From positions 8,716 to 72,715 of the forward strand of contig JBEKKP010000006.1 of assembly GCA_050010655.1 (NCBI GenBank): a DNA stretch of 64,000 nt. The letters run 5' to 3'. Source of the DNA: Candidatus Dormibacteria bacterium. GTDB taxonomy: Bacteria; Chloroflexota; Dormibacteria; Aeolococcales; Aeolococcaceae. Of this stretch, positions 19,192 through 26,544 are shown one piece after another; position 1 is the first letter of the stretch, and each line of letters starts with the position of its first letter. The position numbers and the translations under genes are program-made. The notes beneath the pieces were generated by a model. The model ran no database searches. It was not told where the DNA came from and worked only from the letters and a program-made list of their open reading frames with translations.

Positions 19192-19594
19192 CCGCGCCGG
19201 CGTACGTCCCAAAACTCCAGATCACGCCTTCGGGATCGCGCGCGGTGAAGTCGCGAGATCCGTAGTCCTGGTCATGCAACTCGCGGATGATCGTGGCGCC
19301 GTGTGCCGTCGCGCGTTGGTACAGCGCATCGGGATCGGTGACCACGACGTAGATGGCACCGACCCCCGGAGGGAGATCGACGATCCCACTGTCCGCTCGG
19401 GCGCTGCCGAGCATGACCCCGCCGCCCTCCGGCCAGCGCAACTCCGCATGCTCGACCACCGTGCCGTCCTCGTTTCGGTACACGACGATCTCCTCGAACC
19501 CGAATGCCGCGACGAGGAAGGCAATGGCGGCGTTGGCGTCGCGATACAGGAGCGACGGCCAGATAGCGGTGCGTGCAGCGGGCGTTGTGGTCAT
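19184..19594 (-). CDS. VOC/glyoxalase-bleomycin resistance family protein
   Basis: The start is trimmed to the ATG at 19594 (MTTTPAARTAIWPSLLYRDANAAIAFLVAAFGFEE...). It is the size and pattern of single-domain VOC proteins. An ATGA overlap couples it to the upstream gene. Confidence 0.75.
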   Translation of the reverse strand: MTTTPAARTAIWPSLLYRDANAAIAFLVAAFGFEEIVVYRNEDGTVVEHAELRWPEGGGVMLGSARADSGIVDLPPGVGAIYVVVTDPDALYQRATAHGATIIRELHDQDYGSRDFTARDPEGVIWSFGTYAGAAT

Positions 19595-20598
19595 ACCGTC
19601 GGCTTCGGTGCCGGCGGGAGCAATGGTGGCAGACCCTCGAGTCCGAAGCCCCAGTCGAACAGCTGACTCTCGAGCCGCGCCGGATAGTTGGCGCTCAGCA
19701 GGACCGCGAGCAGACGATGCCCGCCGCGCACCGCCATGCCGATGAGGCACGCGCCGGCATTGCCGGTCCATCCCGGCTTGATGCCCACCGCAGCGGGGTA
19801 GTCCTGCAGCAGCGCGTCGAGGTTGTGCAGGTGGTATGCGGGATGCAGCGGGCTCGCCGCGAGGTCGATCGTCCGCGAATCAACGATCTGATCGAACAGC
19901 GGAAACTGCTGAGACACAAAGTCCGCGATGACGGCGAGGTCGTACGCGGACGAGTACAGGCCAGGGTCGTCGAGGCCGGCTGTCGCCGTGAAGTGCGAAT
20001 CGTCGAGGCCGAGCGCGGCCACCTGCGCGTTCATCGCAGCGACGAAACGAGATATGCCGACCGTGTCCACGGCGATCGCGCTGGCGGCGTCGTCACCACT
20101 GGGTAGCAGCATCCCCTCGAGCAGTTCTTGCACGGTCAATGTCTGGCCTGCTGTCAGACCCATGCGGGTATCGGCTGCAGACTGTCCGAGCGCGTCGGAC
20201 GTCACCGTCACCTCCTGGCTCGGTTCGAAGTTCTCAAGCGCAACGAGCGCGGTGAGCACCTTGGTCAGGCTCGCGGGCGCGAGTTCGAGATTCGGCATCT
20301 TCTGCCAGAGGATCTCGCCGGTATCGAGGTCGATGAGGATGCCCGACCGGCCACGGATCGTCGGAGCGCCGGCCGGCATCGGCGACGGTACCCAGAAGTT
20401 GATGGCGGCGGTCCCGACGTTCATGTCGTACCAGGGAGCCGGTGCGCGGGACGAAGGGCGCACCGCCGCGTTCGCGTTCGACGGCGCGATCGCAAGGCGC
20501 GACGTGGACGCCAGAGCCCCAAACGCAATGACGGCCACCAACGCGGCAAGGCCGAGGCGTGCGTACGGCGGAAGTCTGAACTTCAAGGGCGCGCACAA
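19591..20598 (-). CDS. D-alanyl-D-alanine carboxypeptidase (serine-type, peptidase S11-like)
   Basis: TTG start with a signal/anchor (LGLAALVAVIAFGALA) and active-site SxxK as APASLTKVLTALVALE. Confidence 0.85.
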   Translation of the reverse strand: MCAPLKFRLPPYARLGLAALVAVIAFGALASTSRLAIAPSNANAAVRPSSRAPAPWYDMNVGTAAINFWVPSPMPAGAPTIRGRSGILIDLDTGEILWQKMPNLELAPASLTKVLTALVALENFEPSQEVTVTSDALGQSAADTRMGLTAGQTLTVQELLEGMLLPSGDDAASAIAVDTVGISRFVAAMNAQVAALGLDDSHFTATAGLDDPGLYSSAYDLAVIADFVSQQFPLFDQIVDSRTIDLAASPLHPAYHLHNLDALLQDYPAAVGIKPGWTGNAGACLIGMAVRGGHRLLAVLLSANYPARLESQLFDWGFGLEGLPPLLPPAPKPTV

Positions 20599-20683
20599 AT
20601 CCTATCCCGAGCGACGCCGAATTTACCGCCCCCGGCGAGATCAGTGAGACGGAGCCCATCCGCGCCCCGAACGGCCCGCCTCG

Positions 20684-21325
20684 CTAAGGAACCAGACGCC
20701 GCCGAAGGAACTCGGGAAGCGCATCCCCGGCTGCCACGAGTTGCGGCTGCAGCACCTTCTCGGTGGTCAGTGCCCGAAACATCATCTCGATCGTCACGTC
20801 ATGCTCGGGCCGGTAGACCACCGTGATCGGGTCGCCACCACTGACCAATCCAGGGGTGATCACCCGAAGGTACGGACCCGGGGCACCGCGCTCGGTGAAA
20901 CGCTTGACCCACAGCTGATCCTCGAGCCAACCGGCGAAGGTGCGGCATGGAATCCGCGGCGACGTCACCTCGAGCACGCACGTATCGCCAATCTGCCAGC
21001 GCTCGCCGACGAGGGCTGCGTTGACATCGAGCCCCAGGGTGGTGAGGTTCTCCCCGAACACGCCGTTGGGGAGCGGCCGGCCCAGCTCGGCCTGCCATAC
21101 ATCCAGGTCCTCCCGGGCGTAGGCATACACGGCCTGGTCGGTGCCGCCGTGGGACTCAACGTCGCCGATGGCATCGCCCGCGGCCCCGCTTCGCCCTGTG
21201 CCGCGTCCCGGATCGCGAAGCTGAACCGGCTCCGCGGACGGCCGCTTGTCGATGCCGGTCACGCCGGAATCGGCGTAGAGGGTCGGCTTCGTCCGGCCGA
21301 TGTTGACGGAGAGGAGCGTTGCCAT
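20684..21325 (-). CDS. MOSC domain-containing protein (YiiM-like)
   Basis: The start is trimmed to the ATG at 21325 (MATLLSVNIGRTKP..). It has GDAIGD..HGG..QAVYAY, GENLTTLGLD and LEVTSPRIPCRTF, which carries the conserved Cys. Confidence 0.8.
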   Translation of the reverse strand: MATLLSVNIGRTKPTLYADSGVTGIDKRPSAEPVQLRDPGRGTGRSGAAGDAIGDVESHGGTDQAVYAYAREDLDVWQAELGRPLPNGVFGENLTTLGLDVNAALVGERWQIGDTCVLEVTSPRIPCRTFAGWLEDQLWVKRFTERGAPGPYLRVITPGLVSGGDPITVVYRPEHDVTIEMMFRALTTEKVLQPQLVAAGDALPEFLRRRLVP

Positions 21326-21398
21326 CGCGAGCACAGGATAGCTTGGAGCCTTCCCGGCGACCCGCCCATGCGCCACGCCGAAGGTGCAGTGATATGCT

Positions 21399-21845
21399 GT
21401 GAGCGTTGTGAATTCTGCTCTAAGCGTAACCGCTGACGAGGTCCGTCGCGAACTCGGGGCGGTGCTACGCGGACACCGCGAGGGCCAGGGGCGCAGCCTT
21501 GGCGAGATCGCCGGCGAGGCCGGCTGCTCGCCCGCGTATCTGTCCGAGGTCGAGCGCGGGCTCAAGGACGTGTCCGCCGACCTGCTGATCGCGATCACCT
21601 ACGCGCTCGCCGTTCCGATCGCCGCCGTCTACGGCGACCTGGGACGCCGGCTCGCGGCATGGCCTCAGGAGGAGCCGGCGTGGCCGGTCGATCCGCGCCG
21701 CCAGCTCCGGGCAGTCGCCTCCGGCCTGGATGCGGACTCGCTGCGGACCGTGGCCCAGTTCGGCGCCTTTCTTGCCATGAACCAGGCGGAGCCGGCGCGC
21801 CGCCGCATCGGCTTCGTTCCACCAACTAGGGAGGGCACGCGATGA
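21399..21845 (+). CDS. XRE-family HTH regulator, ClgR/PopR-like
   Basis: GTG start. [51 protein letters not shown] closely mirrors the ClgR HTH region of actinobacteria. The stop overlaps the clpP start (ATGA). Confidence 0.8.
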   Translation: MSVVNSALSVTADEVRRELGAVLRGHREGQGRSLGEIAGEAGCSPAYLSEVERGLKDVSADLLIAITYALAVPIAAVYGDLGRRLAAWPQEEPAWPVDPRRQLRAVASGLDADSLRTVAQFGAFLAMNQAEPARRRIGFVPPTREGTR

Positions 21846-22507
21846 CCCTGGTCCCCACCGTCGTCGAGACCACGAACCGCGGCGAGCGTTCGTACGACAT
21901 CTATTCCCGCCTCCTCCGCGACCGGATCATCTTCGTCGGCGGCGTCATCGACGACGACCTCGCCAACCTGGTCACCGCGCAACTGCTGTTTCTCGAAGGC
22001 GAGGATCCCGAAAAGGACGTGCACCTGTATATCAACAGCCCCGGCGGCTCGATGACCGCCGCGCTGGCGATGTACGACGCGATGCAGTACGTCCGGCCGC
22101 TGGTGGAGACGACCTGCCTCGGCATGGCCGCGAGCGGTGCATCGCTGCTCCTTTCCGCCGGCGCACCGGGACGACGGCTTGCGCTCCCGAATTCGCTGGT
22201 CGTCATCCACCAACCGTGGGCGCAGGGAATGCAGGGTCAGGCAACCGATCTCGACGTGCATGCGCGCGAGATCCTCCGCCAGCGCGCATTGCTCATCGAG
22301 CTGTATCACCGCCACACGGGTCGCGACTCAGAACAGATCGGCCGCGACATCGAGCGTGACTACCACATGACCGCGGAGCAGGCCCTGGCCTACGGGATGA
22401 TCGACCACATCATCGAGAAGCGGCCGGTAAAACCCTTATCCAGCAAGAAGGATCACGAGTCCGACTTGGTCACGGCCGAGCAAGGCAGAATCAGTAGCTC
22501 CGGCTGA
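21842..22507 (+). CDS. clpP: ATP-dependent Clp protease proteolytic subunit (second, orphan copy)
   Basis: 221 aa with [15 protein letters not shown]. The Ser-His-Asp contexts are intact: [16 protein letters not shown] and [11 protein letters not shown]. It has a C-terminal tail of about 28 aa. Confidence 0.9.
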   Translation: MTLVPTVVETTNRGERSYDIYSRLLRDRIIFVGGVIDDDLANLVTAQLLFLEGEDPEKDVHLYINSPGGSMTAALAMYDAMQYVRPLVETTCLGMAASGASLLLSAGAPGRRLALPNSLVVIHQPWAQGMQGQATDLDVHAREILRQRALLIELYHRHTGRDSEQIGRDIERDYHMTAEQALAYGMIDHIIEKRPVKPLSSKKDHESDLVTAEQGRISSSG

Positions 22508-22600
22508 CAGTCCCGACGCAAGACGCCCCTTCGAGCGGATTGTGCACACGCGCAGCTGGGCCTTGGACTGCCGTCCGCCGAACTTGTCAGAGACAAAAGC

Positions 22601-22625
22601 GCGGGCGGCGTGCGCGACCGCCCGC
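22601..22625 (+). terminator. Candidate stem-loop downstream of clpP paralogue
   Basis: GCGGGCGG (22601..22608) and CCGCCCGC (22618..22625) form a perfect 8-bp GC stem with a 9-nt loop. No U-tract follows. Confidence 0.2.
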
Positions 22626-22689
22626 CGGCGCGGGACACTGTGCTGCGGTGACACGCGCCGGTTGTTCTGGAGATTTTGTAAGAGTGGCG

Positions 22690-23364
22690 ATGAAGACGGT
22701 CGTAGACCTCCGCAGGCCTTTTCTCGACTCCATCCCGTCGACGAGTCGCGAGCAGTTGCTGTTGCACAGCACCAAGATTCACTATCCCGCAGGAAACATC
22801 GCGTTTCAGCCCGGAGACGCCGACAGAGCCGACATTCTTGACGCCGGCTTCGCGCGTATCTACCTCTCCGCGTCAGACGGGAGGCAGACCACCATCCGGT
22901 ACGTCCACCCGGGTGAGTTGATGGGCGCGCTGCTCGTCATGGGCGCCGTATTCGACGGCTCCGTGCAGATACTGATGGACTCCACGGTGACCCATCTCGA
23001 TCTTCCGGCCATCCGTAGCAGAGTGATCGCCGACCCGGCCCTCGGCAAGGCCGTCGCTTCGGATCTCGCCGCTCGCTATTCGCACGCCGTTCGAACCATT
23101 GGCTTGCATGCCTTCGGATCCGTGCAGCAACGTGTGGCGTTCGATCTTTTGGAACGAGCCAGCCGCAACCAACTCTCCACCGGCCTGCTCGAGGCGGAGG
23201 CTTCCCAACAAGAGATCGCCGACGGAATCGGCTCGGCCCGCCAGGTCGTGGCGCGAAGCTTGTCCGACCTGCGCTCGGACGGCCTGGTCGCTACGACTCA
23301 CCGCCACATCAGGATCCTTGACCCCGTGCGACTCGAGGCGGTGGCCTTGTCGAATCTCTATTAG
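22690..23364 (+). CDS. Crp/Fnr family transcriptional regulator
   Basis: The start is trimmed to the ATG at 22690 (MKTVVDLRRPFLD). It has a cNMP-binding-like N-domain and a C-terminal HTH (SQQEIADGIGSARQVVARSLSDLRSDGLV). Confidence 0.8.
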   Translation: MKTVVDLRRPFLDSIPSTSREQLLLHSTKIHYPAGNIAFQPGDADRADILDAGFARIYLSASDGRQTTIRYVHPGELMGALLVMGAVFDGSVQILMDSTVTHLDLPAIRSRVIADPALGKAVASDLAARYSHAVRTIGLHAFGSVQQRVAFDLLERASRNQLSTGLLEAEASQQEIADGIGSARQVVARSLSDLRSDGLVATTHRHIRILDPVRLEAVALSNLY

Positions 23365-23479
23365 AAGCGACCAGGCAATCTGTCACTCAGGTGGCATCAA
23401 TCCCGCTCCTGTGCAGCGATTGTGGCACCGAAGCGCGGCCTGATTCGGCCGCACTCACGACCTGCTCCAGGAGGAACCA

Positions 23480-24328
23480 ATGTCCGTCAACCGCGCCACC
23501 ACCGTCGCCGACCAGGTCGAGCGGGCCAACGCGTCCGGCAGGACTCCCGTCGTGTTCATCCATGGGCTCTGGCTGCTGCCGAGCAGTTGGGATCGGTGGG
23601 CCGCCTTTTTCGATCAGGCGGGCTTCGCCCCCGTCCAACCTGGATGGCCCGATGACCCCGACACCGTGGACGACGCGAGGGCGCACCCAGAGGTCTTCGC
23701 TCACAAGACCGTTGGGCAGGTCGCGGACCATTACGTGGAGACGATTGGGCAATTGACCACCAAGCCTGCCGTGATCGGGCACTCGTTTGGAGGGCTGCTC
23801 GCGCAGATCATGGCCGGGCGCGGTCTCGCCGCGGCCACGGTGGCGATCGATCCAGCGCCGTTCCGCGGCGTCCTGCCACTGCCGTTCTCGGCGCTCAAGG
23901 CAGCTTCGCCGGTCCTTGGCAACCCGCTCAACCGCAACCGAGCGGTACCGCTCACGTTTGAGCAGTTCCGCTACGGCTTCGCGAACGCCGTCAGCGAGGA
24001 CGAGGCCAGGAACTTGTTTGACACGTACGCCGTCCCGGCGTCCGGCGTCCCGCTCTTCCAGGCGGCGACTGCCAACCTGAATCCCTGGACCGACGCGAAA
24101 GTCGACACGAGGAACGTCGGTCGTGGCCCGCTGCTGATCATCTCCGGCGAGAAGGACAACATCGTGCCCTGGTCGATCGCGAACGCCTCCTACAAACGGC
24201 AGAAGCGGAATGCGGAGGTGACGGAGATCGTGGAGATGCCCAATCGAGGACATGCCCTGGTCATCGACAGTGGCTGGCTCGAGGTCGCGCAGACCGCGCT
24301 CTCGTTCGTGAAGCGGTTCGCCAGCTAG
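23480..24328 (+). CDS. Alpha/beta hydrolase
   Basis: AGGAGGA lies 5 nt upstream of the ATG. It has VVFIHGLWLLPSSW and the nucleophile elbow VIGHSFGG. Confidence 0.8.
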   Translation: MSVNRATTVADQVERANASGRTPVVFIHGLWLLPSSWDRWAAFFDQAGFAPVQPGWPDDPDTVDDARAHPEVFAHKTVGQVADHYVETIGQLTTKPAVIGHSFGGLLAQIMAGRGLAAATVAIDPAPFRGVLPLPFSALKAASPVLGNPLNRNRAVPLTFEQFRYGFANAVSEDEARNLFDTYAVPASGVPLFQAATANLNPWTDAKVDTRNVGRGPLLIISGEKDNIVPWSIANASYKRQKRNAEVTEIVEMPNRGHALVIDSGWLEVAQTALSFVKRFAS

Positions 24329-24337
24329 CCAGGCTCG

Positions 24338-24820
24338 TCACGCGCCTTCGGCGGCGCTCACCACGTTCGGCGAAGTCAGCACCGTGAAGTTCACCGAGTT
24401 CGAGATGTAGCACAGGTCGTGCGCGCGCTCATGGAGAGCGATCGCGCGGTCCATCTTCTCCGGCGTCGTGATGGTCACCTGCGGATGCAGCGACACCTCG
24501 TCGAAATGGCCGCCACCATCCGGTGTTTCGCTCAGCGTGCCGGTTGGATGATCGACGTAGTCCGTCACCACGATGCCCTCCTTCGCGCAGAGCACGAGGT
24601 ACCACAGCATGTGGCACTCCGAGAGCGACGCGACCAGCAACTCCTCGGGATTCCAGCGGTCGCGAGCGCCGCGGAACGCCGGGTCCGCGCTCCCGAGAAT
24701 CGTGGGTTTGCCTGCAGCGCTCACGTCGTGAGAACGCTCGAACGCCTGGTACCCACTGGTACCGGTGCCGGTGTTGCCGGTCCACGTGACGGTCAGCTCG
24801 TAGTGATGCGTCTTCGGCAT
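24338..24820 (-). CDS. OsmC/Ohr family protein
   Basis: 160 aa with two conserved-position Cys (LSECHMLWY and DLCYISNS). GGGAGG lies upstream of the ATG. Confidence 0.8.
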   Translation of the reverse strand: MPKTHHYELTVTWTGNTGTGTSGYQAFERSHDVSAAGKPTILGSADPAFRGARDRWNPEELLVASLSECHMLWYLVLCAKEGIVVTDYVDHPTGTLSETPDGGGHFDEVSLHPQVTITTPEKMDRAIALHERAHDLCYISNSVNFTVLTSPNVVSAAEGA

Positions 24821-24866
24821 TGCGCCTCCCCATTCTCACCGGCGCGCACGGTGCGCTGCGCGGCGT

Positions 24867-26201
24867 CTATTCGTCGGAATCGACGAAGTAGGTCTCGCAG
24901 GCGAGTTCGAGCAGTTCGGCGTTGAGCTCCACCGGCTTGCCAAGGTAGAGCGCGGAATGGATCACGTGATTGAGCAGGTCGCGAGGATGAGTTCCGTGCA
25001 ACGGCCGGCCCTTGGCGGTGTACTGCGTCTCGAGCAACTTGTCGACGAGTGCCTCGTCCATGCGCAGATCCCTGTCCACGCAGTTGCGTCGCCAGATCTC
25101 TTTGTATTCGTCCACTGTCGGATCCGGGACGTGCACTTTGAACCGCACCCGGCGCAGGAAGGCCTCGTCCATGAGGTTCTGCGGCCGGAGGTTGGTCGAG
25201 AGCATGAGCATGCAGGTGAAGGGCACTGGAATGCTCGAACCGGCGCGGGGGATATTAAGGTAGTCGACCTTCTTCTCCAGCGGCACGATCAGCCGGTTGA
25301 GCAGGTCGCGCGGTGACATGTTCTGCTGGCGGCCGAAGTCGTCGATGAGGAACAGGCCGCCGTTGGCCTTGAGCTGCATCGACGCCTCGTAGAACCCGAG
25401 CGTGTGGTCGAAGCCCAGCTCCAGCATCCGCGGCGTGAGCTCACCGCCGACCTTGACCGCGGGCCGCTTGGCAAGCTGCCAGCGACGATCGTGGGGAGGC
25501 AACTCGCGATCGATGGGCTCGTGGTGGATCGGGTCGTAGAAGCGGATCACCTCGCCGTGGACATAGAGCGCGCGGGGGATGAACATCGGCGCGCCGAGCA
25601 GCGACGCTGCCGCCTCGGCGATGGTGGTCTTGCCGTTGCCTGGAGGGCCGTACAGGAACACCGCCTGGCGCGCGCTGAGCGCAGGACCGAGGTGGTCGAG
25701 CACGACTTCCGAGAGCACGAGATGGCTGAATGCATCGTGGAGCCGCGCGCGGTTGACCTGCCCGTCGACATGCGACTGGCGCTCGGCCATCGCCGTGTAA
25801 TCGGCGATCGGCACTGGGGCCGGCCCGGCGTACTGGTTGATTTCAAGGAGCTCGCGGGCGCGCTGGCGGCCGGTCGTCGAGATCATGTGCTGCATACCGG
25901 CGTTGATCGGCTCGCCCGGATCGAGCGTGGCGGTGTGCACACCGGTCGACGAGCAGTACCCCTCGTCGGCGAGGAATCGCGAGGTCGTGTCAATAAACGA
26001 GAACGGCAGGCAGAGGTGGTTCGCAATGTCGCGACCGAGCATGCTGCCGTTGAAATAAAGGACCTTGAGGACCAGATCGCAGACAAAGCTGAACGGCAGT
26101 CCCGTCTCCTCGGCGGTCCTCGGAGCGGGAGGCAGCGCGATCGGACTGGAAGCGGGCGCAGACACAGGCGCTATCACTGCCATCGGCGCCGATTGTGGCA
26201 T
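24867..26201 (-). CDS. AAA+ ATPase with N-terminal winged-helix-like region (function unknown)
   Basis: 444 aa with Walker A LYGPPGNGKTT, Walker B GLFLIDDFGRQ, sensor-1-like MLSTN and an RRVRF arginine pair. The N-terminal region of about 110 aa is not assignable by eye. Confidence 0.8.
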   Translation of the reverse strand: MPQSAPMAVIAPVSAPASSPIALPPAPRTAEETGLPFSFVCDLVLKVLYFNGSMLGRDIANHLCLPFSFIDTTSRFLADEGYCSSTGVHTATLDPGEPINAGMQHMISTTGRQRARELLEINQYAGPAPVPIADYTAMAERQSHVDGQVNRARLHDAFSHLVLSEVVLDHLGPALSARQAVFLYGPPGNGKTTIAEAAASLLGAPMFIPRALYVHGEVIRFYDPIHHEPIDRELPPHDRRWQLAKRPAVKVGGELTPRMLELGFDHTLGFYEASMQLKANGGLFLIDDFGRQQNMSPRDLLNRLIVPLEKKVDYLNIPRAGSSIPVPFTCMLMLSTNLRPQNLMDEAFLRRVRFKVHVPDPTVDEYKEIWRRNCVDRDLRMDEALVDKLLETQYTAKGRPLHGTHPRDLLNHVIHSALYLGKPVELNAELLELACETYFVDSDE

Positions 26202-26280
26202 GGCCCGGTTTAGCGTTCCGGCACGCGTGACGGATTGTCATACGACCGTTCCAGCCGGCCTGCTGCTACGGTTTACCCCG

Positions 26281-26433
26281 ATGGCGGTACCGTTGGACGT
26301 GGGCGCTCCCGGCCGGCGCCGGGTCGGACCCTTCTGGATCGAGGAAGGACCGGGCGCACTCCTCGGCGGCCTCGCCATCGTCGCGCTCTTCGCGGCACTC
26401 TTCATCCTCGCCGTGGTCATGCGTCCGGCGTAA
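26281..26433 (+). CDS. Candidate 50-aa single-pass membrane peptide
   Basis: ATG at 26281 with high third-position GC and one clear TM helix (LLGGLAIVALFAALFILAVVM). No obvious SD. It sits in the 343-nt gap between divergent genes. Confidence 0.3.
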   Translation: MAVPLDVGAPGRRRVGPFWIEEGPGALLGGLAIVALFAALFILAVVMRPA

Positions 26434-26544
26434 CCCGAGTAAGCCCGTGTCGTTTCACCCAGGAACTCGACAGCACTGCCGCCGCGCCGCCACGGCGCGC
26501 CGGAGTCAGGAGACCAGCCCAGCGATGCATTCCACGGTTTCGGT

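Noticed and set aside
22508-22689. Possible Crp/Fnr operator strings (TGTGCACA at about 22541; GACAC...GACAC near 22634..22658) upstream of the Crp/Fnr gene
   Set aside because: None fits a TGTGA-N6-TCACA or TTGAT-N4-ATCAA dyad. The strings are short and degenerate, so I could not support a site.
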